Virus record (IMG/VR): IMGVR_UViG_3300028591_000082
Source of the DNA: a virus
Taxonomy: Duplodnaviria > Caudoviricetes
Length of the DNA stretch: 64,000 nt
Reading direction: 5' to 3' (one strand)
The notes below the pieces were generated by a model that searched no databases, had not been told where the DNA came from, and saw only the letters and a program-made list of their open reading frames with translations. Each line of letters opens with the position of its first letter. Positions within the stretch are counted from its first letter, which is position 1. Below, one piece after another: positions 37,517-49,767 of the stretch. The position numbers and the translations under genes are program-made.

Positions 37517-38044
37517 TTAGCAATATTCGTTGTCGTACCAAATACTCTTTTTGAGTTTTAAAAGTCTTGCAATCTGAACGCAGCCGCTATTACCATAACC
37601 TTTATCAAGTTCTTCGCAGAAACCATCATATGAGTAATTTACTCTAAATTCTGGTTCAAAACCTTCTTCAAATTTTTTGAATTCTTCGTAAGCTTCTTCT
37701 TTTGTTGTTCCTTCAAAAACAAACTGATCAAAAAATTCATAAATACTGTCATAATGAAAAGTTTTATTGATCAATTCTATATCTTCTTCAAACAAAAGAT
37801 TATCAAGCATATTTTCATACTTGATATTTTTGAGAAGATCTTCGTCATTCAGTTCCATATATTCAGCGGCATCTATGTTGTAAGAACCGTGATTCATTGG
37901 ACTTTTGTAATGAGATACATAAATGTATTCGTGATCATATCCATTTGCATTTTGAATTATACGATGAACTTCAAAATATACATCAGATGGATTTGATGAC
38001 CAAAGATCCTTAACTGTAAAACTTCCTATTTTTCTTGATTTCAT
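37517..38044 (-). CDS. acidic hypothetical protein
   Basis: GGGGTGA RBS; box promoter at 38094. Confidence 0.7.
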   Translation of the reverse strand: MKSRKIGSFTVKDLWSSNPSDVYFEVHRIIQNANGYDHEYIYVSHYKSPMNHGSYNIDAAEYMELNDEDLLKNIKYENMLDNLLFEEDIELINKTFHYDSIYEFFDQFVFEGTTKEEAYEEFKKFEEGFEPEFRVNYSYDGFCEELDKGYGNSGCVQIARLLKLKKSIWYDNEYC

Positions 38045-38121
38045 AATCACCCCTTATTTGTACATATATTATATCACGAAAAATATATCTTAACAGGGTG
38101 CAAAAATTTAAATATAGAATG

Positions 38122-38343
38122 TTATTCTTCGAATAATGATCTTTGATATTCTACATATACTGCTAATGTAAAAAGCCAAGCTAATGTTTCTAAAGAAACT
38201 TCTGCAGTTCCATTCTTTGCAAAACTTTCAAGTTTCTTTTTCTTTATATCTTCTACTGTTATAATTTCTTTTTTAAAATAGCTCCACCCATTTTCTTCAA
38301 TAAATGTCATTACATTTTCAACAAGGTGTTCTTCACAAGACAT
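38122..38343 (-). CDS. hypothetical protein
   Basis: GGAG RBS. Confidence 0.6.
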   Translation of the reverse strand: MSCEEHLVENVMTFIEENGWSYFKKEIITVEDIKKKKLESFAKNGTAEVSLETLAWLFTLAVYVEYQRSLFEE

Positions 38344-38356
38344 TAAATTTCTCCAT

Positions 38357-39326
38357 TTATATTTTTATATTACGATCTGTTATTTTTATTTTTACAGGAA
38401 ATTTTTCAAAAAAAAGATCACATAACAAAGAATCATCTTCAACAAATTCTTCTATAAAATCTCGAAGAGTTCCACTCCAACCAATAAGTTTACATAAAGC
38501 ATAAGCTCTTTGAGCACAACAAGATATTGTACTTCTACTTGCATAACTAAAAAATTTTTCAAATTTTTTATTTTCGTGAAGAATAGCACGATTATCTGGT
38601 TCAAAAGGGCAATGATATCCATAGCAATTGTCAGTAAAACCTTCCCCTTCGCCAATTTCTATTTTATTTTTGATATATTTTAAGTTTTCTGATAATTGTT
38701 TTTCTAATTTCATATTTTCGTATTTACCCTTGTTTTAACTTCTATATCATAAAACCATCTTGAAAACCTATCGCACCAAACTCCAGAACCTGGTTCGTGA
38801 ATTTCCTTTGGCAAATTTTCAATTTTAAAATAATCTAATATTTTTTCACAGTTAACTCCACAATCAAAAGCATTACTTATACCAATTTCTTTTCTGTAAA
38901 GACTCATTGATGTTTTTATTGGACAGTAATCACATTGTCCAAATCTTTTAGGATTTATTGTTTCTTTTATTTTATAAAAAATTTTTAATTTATTATATGG
39001 CATTCTTATTTTCATATTTTTATATTATACCTTGATACAATTTTTAAATCACAAAACCATCTTGAGAATTCTTCACATGAAACACCATTGCCACTACCAT
39101 ATTTATGAATATGTTCAGGCAAAAGCCATCTAATGTTAAAATAATCTAATAATCTATCACAATTAAATCCACATCTTCTATTGTCAGATGTATTTGTCTC
39201 ATTTGGAAATTCTTCTTTTGCTATCGCTATAGGGCAACTGCAGCAATCACCAAAATAATCTGGATCACAAAAATTTACTATTTTATTAAATATTTTTACT
39301 TTTTTTGAAGTAAGTTTTATTTTCAT
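38357..39326 (-). CDS. three coupled CxxC family genes (38357-38713, 38710-39015, 39012-39326)
   Basis: CxxCP motifs; tails RNIKI, RVNTKI, RYNIKI; ATGA overlaps. Confidence 0.8.
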
Positions 39327-39327
39327 T

Positions 39328-39549
39328 TTATTTCCCAAAAATCAAAGAAAGAACAAAAACCAATCCATATACAGATGTTTCAAGAACAAGAGCGTTGAAT
39401 GTCTTTTTGCATATATTCTTTCTTTCAAATGTATGTTCTGTATCGTGTTTTACTTTTGATTTTGATTGTACAAAGTTGTAAATAAGAGAAGCTGATTTTC
39501 CCATAAAAAGTACAAATGAAATATCTTTTATCATAATTTTTGCCTCCAC
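39328..39549 (-). CDS. small membrane protein
   Basis: two hydrophobic segments; box promoter at 39581. Confidence 0.55.
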   Translation of the reverse strand: MEAKIMIKDISFVLFMGKSASLIYNFVQSKSKVKHDTEHTFERKNICKKTFNALVLETSVYGLVFVLSLIFGK

Positions 39550-39594
39550 ATATAATTATATCACGAAAAATATATTTCAGCAGGGTGCAAATAA

Positions 39595-42374
39595 TTATAT
39601 TTTAATTTCTCTATTTGTTGTGATCATTGTTAAAATTTTTTTTGCTGAATCTAAGTTTCTACCACAAGTATCATTGTTTAAATAAAAATTGGTACGTAAT
39701 GATATAACATAATTAGTTAATGTTTGACAATTAGTATAATAATTTCCAGTTTTCTCTGTTCTTAATGGACATTGATCGCATGTACGACCACAAACATTAA
39801 TATACATATCTATAAATTCTATCATTTTTTTTGGACTAATCTTATATCTTTTTGAATAAAAATTTCTTATTCTAAGTGCTTCAATATTTTTGAATCTTTT
39901 CATATTTTTATATTCCTACTCTTAAGTCCAATGTTATATACCCAATTTTGAAAATTATCACAATCAACGCTGCCACGAATATATTTACACTGATATAGAT
40001 CCAAGTCAAAATAATGCATTATATCTATTGCTATATCAGAACAAGAATCAAAAATATCTACTTCTAATCTTATATTATTTATAAGATTATTTTCTGTGGC
40101 AATACCATATCTTCCTCTTAGTATACATACTGGGCATCCTTTGCAACTTTCATTTATTGTTTCTTTTTGCTCTTGTGGAGTTTTTATTCGAAACATATAT
40201 TTTTTTAACTCTTTAAATTCTTTAATATGTTTCATATATTTATACTCCTACTTTTATTTAAAATATATTTTATTGCTTTTATATGGCTTCTACATCCATC
40301 TCTTCCTTCGTTAATTTTTCTCCAAATATCAAAACCACCTACTGTTTCTATATATCTTCCACAAGTAAGATGTAAACGATTATTTCTATCTGCACAAGCA
40401 CACATAATACATCCAGGATAACCTTTATTTCTAGAATGTTTGACGTACTCAACGGCTTTTTTAAAAGCAATTTTATCAATATTTTTCATATTTTTATATG
40501 CCTACCAAAATTGTTTACTATTTTGCAAATTATTGCTCTTCCTTCAGCACAACTTGTAAATTTTTTATCACCACCCATTGCTTTGTATATATCTGCACAA
40601 GAACCATGCATAGCATATTTCTCTCTTGGGAAGTCTGTTTTAAGTCTTTGCCATACACATTCTGCACAAGCAGTAACCTTTTCGTTTACTGTAACATTTT
40701 TATCGTATTTTATTATCCATTTGATATCTTTTAACAATTCTTTGTTTAAAGGCATTTGCTAATCCTTCTTAATTATTTTTTTATCATATTTTTATATCAC
40801 GTTTTGAATTATTGTCTAAAGCAAATTTTATTGCTACTATATGCTCGTCGCAACTAAGTTCATCTTCTTCAAAGCCAAGTCTTTCCCAAATATCTTCTCC
40901 TAAAACTTTTTCTATGCGTTCATAACAATATAAATTATCAGAATTATTTTGATGAGAGCTTGGGCAATTTTCACATTCGTCACAATCACTACTTTCATAA
41001 TCCAAAAATGTTATATAATGTAAAGTATCTTTAAATATTATTTCAGTTTGCTTATTTAGTTTTATTTTTTTCATATTTTGGCTGGTTTCCTATAATTTTC
41101 CAAAGTATATTTTATTGCTTTTAATCTATCACTACAGTTGTGCTCGTCTTCTCCTATTCCTATTTTTCTAAGAGATTCTCCAATTACTTCTTCAATAAAA
41201 ACACAACAGCCAAGATGAAGTGGATTATACTCAAAACTACAAGGACATTCAGTACAATTCCTTTCACCATATTTATGATATTCTAATGTTTTCTTAAAAA
41301 GTTCTATATAAGTTGAATTTAGTCTCATATTTTTGCTGGCTTCCTATGATTATAATCTTTTAAAGCTTTTTTAACTGATTCTAATCTTCTTTTGCATGAA
41401 TAAAAACCGAAACGATCTATATATTGTGGAATCACTCTAGTAAGAAAATCCATGCATCCTTCCCCACTTGGATTATTTGAATAACTAAGTGAACATATAC
41501 TACAGTCATGGCCTTGGTTTTCTTTTAATGCATTTTTTAAAGTTCTTATTTCTTCTTTGCTTAGTTTCATATTTTAGTTGCTCTTATTTTACTTTTTGTT
41601 TTATATATTATATCAGAAAAGCGTCTGACATCATCACAATTAAATAAATTAAACATTCGTTTTCCAGGAACAAATTTTGCAAACACTTCATTAAAATAAT
41701 CAATACAACCAATACCAATATCATTATTAGAAGAACTCATTGGGCATTCTTCACAAGCTGTAAAATCATTTATATATTTCATTTCAGAAAGTATTTTCAT
41801 TAATTTTCTGCTTGGTCTCATACTTTAATGTTCCTATATGATTTTTTTAATAATATATCTGTATAATTCCTAATTGTTAGACAATAACTTTCGTATTTTT
41901 TACTATTGTTAATAATCCATTGTTCAGAATTACTGCAAATTTCATGTAGATAAGTAAGACAAGAAATATTAAATCCACTATTAGTGGCATACAAAGGACA
42001 ATTGTCACAACCAATGTGCGTTCTTTTACAATCAAGAGAAAATCCTTTTGACAATATATTTTTTCTTAATGCATTTAATTTACTAATATCAATCATATTT
42101 TAATAATCCTAAAATTGGTAGGTAGCTGCTCCAAAAACCAACAATAAAACCTACTGCAATTAACGGAATTATCTATAATTGCTCTTGGCGGGTAATCCAT
42201 TTTTAATATGTCAAGCATTCTGTAAACTTCCATAGCACAACTTCCATTGCATATTTTTTTCCCAGTAATTTTTTTATAGATTTCCTTTGGACAAATATGA
42301 CATTCGTTGGCAATATCATTAGAGCGTGATATCATTGTTTCTTTTATTTTAAGAGCCAAGGTTGAATTTTTCAT
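39595..42374 (-). CDS. array of ten CxxC family genes (left ends 39595, 39900, 40232, 40486, 40784, 41071, 41325, 41567, 41818, 42093)
   Basis: 81-111 aa each; CxxC..C..C; R..[K/N][I/V] tails; mostly ATGA-coupled. Confidence 0.85.
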
Positions 42375-42670
42375 GCTGGTATTTCCATTTCCTGATATTC
42401 CTTTCCAGCTTTCCAAGATTGATAGGTAGATACTTTCATTACACCTGAAGTATTATCAGTTAAAAAGCCTTCGCTGTTGTATTCACGATTATTGTCTTTG
42501 TGATATTCTTCATTAATACCGTCAAAGCCATCAAAGAAAGCGGCATTGATGTATGTCATATCTATTTCATCAAAGTTTTGAAACTCTTCGGAGTGTTCAC
42601 CATTATAATAATAGTCGTACCAGGCATCTCCCTTGTTATTATAAGCCTTCTTCATATCAGGAAACAACAT
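42371..42670 (-). CDS. acidic hypothetical protein
   Basis: GGAGGT RBS. Confidence 0.7.
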   Translation of the reverse strand: MLFPDMKKAYNNKGDAWYDYYYNGEHSEEFQNFDEIDMTYINAAFFDGFDGINEEYHKDNNREYNSEGFLTDNTSGVMKVSTYQSWKAGKEYQEMEIPA

Positions 42671-42674
42671 AAGA

Positions 42675-42935
42675 CTACACCTCCTCTACTTCTAAGCAGT
42701 CTTCTTCAGCAAGCTTGTTAAATTCTTCTTCTGAGATTTCTTCAAGAATATAAGAGATGTGAAGTTCTTCTTCGTCTTCTTGTTCGTCGTCCCAATCAGC
42801 TTCTTCCATAGAGCGATCGTCTGCATGTTCGCAGCAGAAGTCGTCTACTGCGTTATAGTCCTTGTCAGACTTAATGAGATATTCGTTAGTATATCCACAG
42901 TAATTTGCATCTTCTTCTACTTTATAAAACTTCAT
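42675..42935 (-). CDS. small highly acidic protein (duplicate of 2199-2456)
   Basis: GGAGG RBS; box promoter at 42990. Confidence 0.8.
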   Translation of the reverse strand: MKFYKVEEDANYCGYTNEYLIKSDKDYNAVDDFCCEHADDRSMEEADWDDEQEDEEELHISYILEEISEEEFNKLAEEDCLEVEEV

Positions 42936-43021
42936 AATTTGCCTCCAGTTATTCCTCATATATATTATACAACAAAAAAAGCACCTTAGCAGGGTGCAAA
43001 AGTTTTAGGAATAATCAATAA

Positions 43022-44919
43022 CTATATCTTCACAGATTTTCTTTTTGACTTAAAATCCTCACATATTTGATAACAAGCATCTCTTACGTCACAGCAGCTA
43101 AACAAATGACCCGATGGTAAATATCCCTCAATTATTTCCTTACCAATCATATCTCGCAGGACAGTTAAGCAAGTTCTAAAATAAATTCTATCATTGAGTG
43201 GACACGTTTCACAATGCAAATCAGGAACTGTAGTTGTCATTTTTAACATTTTAATTATATCGGGTCTTATTTTTTTCATATTTTTGTATTTCTTGAGAAT
43301 TTGTAATTTTTAACAAAATCATATACTTTTTGGTGTATAGTTGGGCAATGAGTGGTCATATCAATACCAAATATTCTCTGTATTTCACTGCATGGCTTTT
43401 CCCCACCAAGACAACTAATCATTGTATCTTTTTTCTTTCCAATACTTTCAAAGTATTTATGCAGTATACAAGTTTCTCGCATCAAAACCCCATAACCAGT
43501 TCTTCCAATATCTTCATTACAATTCTTTTGTATGCATTTGAATTTAGCTATCACATCATCTTTTTTCATATTTTACATCCAAGCCTGTATTTAGAATGAT
43601 TAACCATATATTTAATTGCAATTACCTGATCTCTACAACCAGTACAGTCTCCCCCAGATTCTTCATATATTTTATCTCCTCCAATCTTCATTATAAATAA
43701 ATAGCATCCAACTTTTGCTCTATTATTTTTTTTAGACATAGGACATTTTTCACATATATGCCCTTCACTTTGATGCTCTTCTACATATTTTAAAGCACTT
43801 TTAAGCGTCATTAAATCTTTTTTACCAATCTTTTTCATATCTTAATACCTCTAGTAGAGTTAGAATATTTAATCATATATTCAATTGCCATATGCTGAGA
43901 ATTATACCCCTTCATTGCCGCTTCATCGCGTATATTCTTTCCTCCCAAGAACTTTATAAATTCTGGGCAAGTCAATCCCACTCTATTATTAGTACTGCTC
44001 ATAGGACAAGTTCTACAATCAGCAAACCCCTTTCCCTCCCAAAGTCTTTTAGCAGTTTTCATAGTAGCCAGATCACTTTTACTAATCCTTTTCATATTTT
44101 AATACCCCTTAAATGGCAAATTCTATATATTTCTTTATGTATATCAGCACACATAATATATCTATTAAGTCCAAACTCTTCTACTATTTTACCACATATT
44201 TTCCCACCAAGACATTGACTTCCGTGATATTCTTGTTGTAAAGCTTGTTCTAAGAATTTATGCAATATACAAGATTTTCGTATAATAAACCCATTATCAT
44301 CTATTTTAATATTAGGAGAGCATTTTATGCTTTTAAGTTTATTAAACATCTGCCTATAGTTAAGTATTTGTTGATACCCATTCATATCTTAGTCTCCCTA
44401 ATACCTCTTTTTATAATATTATATACATTCTTATGTATATCAGCACACATATTAGTTGCTTTTAATCCAAGCATTTTCTGTATGCCTTCACATATATATC
44501 CTCCAACACAATTAGCTCCATAAAACCTTAATGGTGGGTTTACACATAATAAGTACTTATGCAGTATACAGTTATGCCGCCAGTTAACGCCACAAGTATT
44601 AAGATTAGGATTACACTCTTTTCTTACTTTACAAAGTAAGCGTATCATTTCATTATTAGCCATATTTCCTTTATATCCTACAAAATCTATTAATTTTTAT
44701 ATTCATAAATGCATCATAAAACTCTATACAACCACATCCACCACTATACTTTATACCAAGCCTTTTACATAACTGTTCCCGGTGTTCTGCACACCCAATG
44801 CCCTTAAGTCTTCTTATAGATAAATTACTATAAATGGTAATAGGACAGCACCTACAAGCACCAGGAGCATTGTTCTTAGCTAATTCTGCTTGTATTTTCC
44901 TTATCATTCTCTTATCCAT
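43022..44919 (-). CDS. array of seven Cys-rich family genes (left ends 43022, 43276, 43566, 43835, 44092, 44382, 44671)
   Basis: CxxCP or CILH variants; tails KSVKI, RNTKI, LGCKI, RGIKI, RGIKI, RETKI, RFCRI. Confidence 0.85.
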
Positions 44920-45341
44920 ACCCTATACCCTCTACATATAAAAATTCAAAAGTAAATATTTATCCTTATAACTATATTATACCATAAATCGCCCATAAAA
45001 TCAATAAAAATGCTTATTTTGTCTCAGCCAGTGGTTTTTTGAAAGAAAAAGTCATTTTGAAGCGGTTTCAAGGTCAAAAACATCCAAAAAAGCTCAAAAA
45101 TACCCAAAAAGTGCCAATAAAACCCATAGTTTTGCCATAGTTATGTGTATATATAGGGGAGTAATAAAGGCACTTTGCCGATTATTATTGGAACTTTGAG
45201 GGAGTCCCCGCTCTCTCCTCCGTGTCAACAAAAAAACCTGCCCAGAGCAGCTGATTCAGGTGACAAAAATTATTCGCCAGATGCGTGGATTATGATGACA
45301 AAAAAATCTGCCCAGAGCAGCAGATTACCAAGACAAAAAAC

Positions 45342-45370
45342 TTGAACTGTTTATTGTTCCGTGCTATAAT
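45342..45370 (+). promoter_or_regulatory. sigma70-like promoter for the + strand pair
   Basis: TTGAAC-17-TATAAT with TG extension. Confidence 0.6.
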
Positions 45371-45376
45371 TGAGCT

Positions 45377-45730
45377 ATGCCTAGAATAAGTGATAGATAT
45401 AGAGTAATAGAAAGCGATTGGACTCCATATGTAACTGTAACACATAATGATACTACAGCTGATGCAACTACAGCTACTAGTACTGGTACATATTGGACAT
45501 TTAATGATGATGTTAATGATAATCGTGTAACAGTTAATTTACATGATTATTGGTATGAGGTACCTAATTCAAATGGATACATTACTTTGGATCCAAGTCT
45601 AAGCTTTAATAGTAATTCATTATGGTCTGATAATAGATCATATGTTAGTTGGGATCCAGGATTAAGTTTTGAAGAAGCTTACAAAAGATGGTTGAAAAGA
45701 CGGAATAAGAAGAGAGTTATAAGGATATAG
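45377..45730 (+). CDS. hypothetical protein, tail RVIRI (possibly leaderless)
   Basis: ATG 6 nt after the -10 box. Confidence 0.7.
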   Translation: MPRISDRYRVIESDWTPYVTVTHNDTTADATTATSTGTYWTFNDDVNDNRVTVNLHDYWYEVPNSNGYITLDPSLSFNSNSLWSDNRSYVSWDPGLSFEEAYKRWLKRRNKKRVIRI

Positions 45731-45732
45731 CA

Positions 45733-45912
45733 ATGGAAGAAGAACTTTTAGAATCGGTTAGACGATTACTAGATAGTGTTTATAGGGATAATATCAGCCG
45801 CAGAATATTTAGAGAATACTCTATGGAAGTGTCGGGAGATACTATTTATTATGTTAGACCATTCTTTGGAAAGAATATAAAACACAAGTGCAGGAAGAAT
45901 TGCAAGATATAA
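45733..45912 (+). CDS. 59 aa protein, tail RKNCKI (not in the ORF track)
   Basis: translated by hand, MEEELLESVRR...HKCRKNCKI; AAGGA RBS. Confidence 0.65.
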   Translation: MEEELLESVRRLLDSVYRDNISRRIFREYSMEVSGDTIYYVRPFFGKNIKHKCRKNCKI

Positions 45913-46048
45913 TCGAATATTTGCGCCAATTAGGCTTTGCGGCCACTGTGGCTTTTTTATTGACAGTGTAATGATAGGAACCCCGTTTCGGGGCAAAAAT
46001 AAAAGCCCCTCGGGCGAACCCAAGAGGCTTCTAGCAATTTTTTTATGA

Positions 46049-46432
46049 TTAAGCAGCAGGCTGAATGCTTACAACCTTACCGAAGTTGATGTAGCGTACA
46101 CCAGTTGTTCCGTTAGGAGTGTTGTCTTCGGTGTAGTTTACAGTGATTGTAGCCTCGCCAATCTTTACGATTGGGAACTGATACTCTTTAGCAAACTTGC
46201 CAGAGCCGCAGATTACAGTAGCGATGTCGCCAACCTTTGCGTCCTTAACAAGAGCCTTACCAGCTTCAATTGCTTCAGCCTTAGCGGCTTCGCGAGCTGC
46301 CTTTGCCTGTTCAGCAAAAGCTTCCTTACCAGCCTTCTTCATTTCCTTGAGGGCGTCGATAGCAGCGTTGATTGAATCGAGGTTGTCAGCCTGAATACCG
46401 ATAGTAGCGAATGTTTCTGGAGTGAATTCCAT
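46049..46432 (-). CDS. coiled-coil plus KOW/SH3-like protein, paralog 2
   Basis: VGDIATVICGSGKFAKEY...RYINFGKVV. Confidence 0.85.
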   Translation of the reverse strand: MEFTPETFATIGIQADNLDSINAAIDALKEMKKAGKEAFAEQAKAAREAAKAEAIEAGKALVKDAKVGDIATVICGSGKFAKEYQFPIVKIGEATITVNYTEDNTPNGTTGVRYINFGKVVSIQPAA

Positions 46433-46665
46433 AATTTTGTCCTACCTAAGTAAACTTAGGATTTTGATTAAATTTGTTGTTCTTACGAACTTTTTTGAGG
46501 AGCAACGCTCCCTTACTCTTATATTATACACCGCAAATCCTAACAGAACAGGGTGCATATTTTTTTGGTCTTGCGACCGTTTGCAGCTTCGAAACCTCTC
46601 TGAGAAGGGGGCAGAACCCAGCCCACAAATTGGGCTTCAATCTCATAAAAGATTTCTGACTGCGA

Positions 46666-46738
46666 CATTCCTTGCAGGAGTTGCACCGTGCATTTCTTGC
46701 CTGAGAAGCAATCGTCCTAGCTGTTAGACGAAAGGAAC
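46666..46738 (-). tRNA. tRNA-Glu(CTC), isolated copy
   Basis: same body as the 21-22 kb copies; T loop TGCAACT. Confidence 0.7.
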
Positions 46739-47841
46739 ATAAAAGGTGCGAAGGTTTCGCATTCGCTTGCGGAGCTCACCTTGACCCGATGGGGAGTGGG
46801 GTTTTGTTGTCGCACAATCACTAAGGCGTTGCTCTTTTTTCGAATGGATGTAAGCAATAGCCACAAATTCGCAAAAGTAGGTAAGGGTTAGATCACGCAC
46901 ACTATCTAAAGTGCATCTTCTAGTGGGAGAGGGAATTTCTTCGTATTCCTATCGTTCCTTACTCTTATATTATATCACGAAACTTTTAATTCAGCAGGGT
47001 GCAGAATTTTTTGGTCTCGCGAAAGAACGGGGGATTTTTGTGAGGTGAACTTTGTAACCGATCTGCTCATTTGGAAAAGCAGAACGATCAATCTCCCGTT
47101 CCTTATACTAATATTATACACCGTAAACCTGAAGTCAGCAGGGTGCATAATTTTTAGGGTTCGGCAGCAAATTCTTCTTGGACATGCGAGCCATAAAACT
47201 CTATACCAAGGTTCCGCCACTCTTATATCTCTTTCGAGGGAAGTTCGACCTTCCTTTGCTGCCTTACACTAATATTATACCACGCAAAAGTGAACTGGGC
47301 AGGGTGTAAAATTTTTTGGTTTTTTTATTGACTTAAAATCGATCTTAAGTTATACTGTGAGTACACTTGAATAAATTCGGATTTTCCGAATATTTAAGTA
47401 CAAACATATACAACACCAAAATCCGACTTTTTCGCGAGGTTGATCTTCGCGAGGAAGTCGGTGCTGCTGCCTATAGTGTAATGATAGGAACAACGGTTTT
47501 GTCAAGGTGGGCAGGGTGCAAAAGTGTGAGTACATGAGTTTTTTCAAATACATGTCGACTTTTTACAAAAAGTCGACTATTTACATAGTGTAGGCTTCGA
47601 AGCCGTTTTGGTTTCAAAATCAGACATATGTATAGTATACTAGAATACTACTATACATATGTAGTGTAATGATTTGAATAACTATATTATATCATAAGGT
47701 TTGGTTAAGCAGGGTGCAATACAAATACACTATACATATGTATAGTGTAATGATAGGAGCCCCGCAATAAAAAAGGCTAGGTGGCTTTCGCCGACCTAGT
47801 CGATTTATTTTAGGAGTGTCTGCCCTTTCGGGCAGGGTGCA

Positions 47842-48258
47842 TTACTGTGCGTCTACTCCGACAACCTTACCGAAGTTGATGTAGCGAACACCTACTGTGC
47901 CATTCGGTGTGTTATCTTCGGTGTAGCGAACAGTAATTGTTGCTTCGCCGATTTTTTCGATAGGGAACTTGTATTCCTTTGCGAACTTTCCACTACCACA
48001 GATAACTGTAGCAATGTCGCCGACTTTTGCGTTTTTGAGCAAAACCTTTCCGTTTTCAACGGCTTCGGCATTTTTTGCTTCGCGGGCAGCCTTCTGCTGT
48101 TCTGCGAACATTTCCTTTCCCGATTTCTTCAACTGACGGAGAACTTCCATAGTTGCGTCGAGTTCGTCAAGATTTATGAAATCCTTTGAGATTCCGATTG
48201 TTGCGAGTTTTTCTGTCTGAGCAGCCAAAAGTGATGGAGAAAAAGTTTTGTTAGCCAT
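47842..48258 (-). CDS. coiled-coil plus KOW/SH3-like protein, paralog 3
   Basis: same motif. Confidence 0.85.
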   Translation of the reverse strand: MANKTFSPSLLAAQTEKLATIGISKDFINLDELDATMEVLRQLKKSGKEMFAEQQKAAREAKNAEAVENGKVLLKNAKVGDIATVICGSGKFAKEYKFPIEKIGEATITVRYTEDNTPNGTVGVRYINFGKVVGVDAQ

Positions 48259-49125
48259 AATGGTAATTTCCTTTGCCTAAGTAAACTTAGGACTTTTATT
48301 AGATTTTTTGTTCGGGTCAACGACCCTTGATGTCTTTATTCTACAACCCGAACTCTGACAGAGCAGGGTGCAGATTTTTGTTTTTTCTGCAAGGCAGAAA
48401 CTTTTTATTTTTCTGCCCTACGCCTATATTATAACATTTTGAACTTGGTTTAGCAGGGTGCAAATTGAATTATCTTTTGCAATTCACTCACCCTTCCTTC
48501 CCTAGTAATGTCAAAGAACTGTAGGCTCTTGTTCGTGCCTTACTCCTATATTATAGCAAGTGAAATTGATTTGAGCAGGGTGCAAATTGTCTACAGGATC
48601 TTTTTGATCTGAGCAGGGTGCAGCGGCTGCGGGGGTGTAATGATATGAACAACGAAAGGAAATCCCCTAGGGGCACTTAGACCCACTAGGGAACTTCTAA
48701 AATCACTTCCTATGGTGAAGGCATGTCTGCGACTAGGAAACCCTCTACATCATTTTATAAGTTTTTCTCACCGAAAACTAGAGAACCCGTAGTGAAACTT
48801 AAAAGGGGCTCGCAATTGTTTTATTAGTTTCCTATAGTTGAACTCTCAAAGCAACGAGCGTGCAAAGTAAAACTGCATGGATAATTTATGGATAATCACT
48901 ATGCTCAAAACCCACTTTACCCTAAAGTGTAAGCTGACACCAATCTTCCCTGTGTCAGTAGGGTAAGGACTCGAACCACTTTTATTAGTGGGGTACCTCA
49001 TCGTTCCTTACACCATTATTATAGCAAGGTTATTCCAATTAAGCAGGGTGCAATTCTACTAATGTGTTATGATTTGAATAACGAAAAAAAGCCCACTATA
49101 CGAAAGTATAGTGGGCAGAGGTGAT

Positions 49126-49710
49126 TTATACTATTGTGTATGAAGTCCAATCATTGTTTTTCCTTATTTCTTCAATAGGAATAACTGTGAAACTGTAGTC
49201 AGGCCCCTCATCTTCGACATTTTCATCTTCATCTTCGCCATAGCCCATACTGTCATACCAAGATTGAGCACAGTCGCCAATGTAATCCAATATTTCTTTT
49301 TTAGTATATTCTGCAGGAAAAGCATAGGATTCAATTTCGTCGTGACAATCGTATGAGGAACTATAAGTTGCCTCGATATACTGAAGTTTATTGTCAAGAT
49401 ATTTTCGCAATTCCTTTTCATGTTCTTTTGTGAACTTGAGCATAAACTGAACAACTTTGACAAGAGCAGGAGTAAAAGAATCAAATTGATAATTCTTAAA
49501 CTTTTCAAGGAACTTATCAACAAACCCTGCTCGCATACTTGAATAATTACAATGTTCCAAGCCCTCGACCAATTCATCGTATTTTTTGCCAAAACTGATA
49601 TAAGTGTTTAAATCCTGAACTTCACGCTCAAATTGAGCACAACCGATTCTGTCAGCAAATACAATATCTATACCACAAACATCTGAAACATACTTTGTTA
49701 TTTCTTTCAT
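49126..49710 (-). CDS. acidic early protein
   Basis: GAGGTGAT RBS; box promoter; downstream hairpin terminator. Confidence 0.75.
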   Translation of the reverse strand: MKEITKYVSDVCGIDIVFADRIGCAQFEREVQDLNTYISFGKKYDELVEGLEHCNYSSMRAGFVDKFLEKFKNYQFDSFTPALVKVVQFMLKFTKEHEKELRKYLDNKLQYIEATYSSSYDCHDEIESYAFPAEYTKKEILDYIGDCAQSWYDSMGYGEDEDENVEDEGPDYSFTVIPIEEIRKNNDWTSYTIV

Positions 49711-49767
49711 ATCATCACCTCACGCTTTTATTGTAACCCACTCGGCAGAGCCGAGCAGGGTGCAGAT

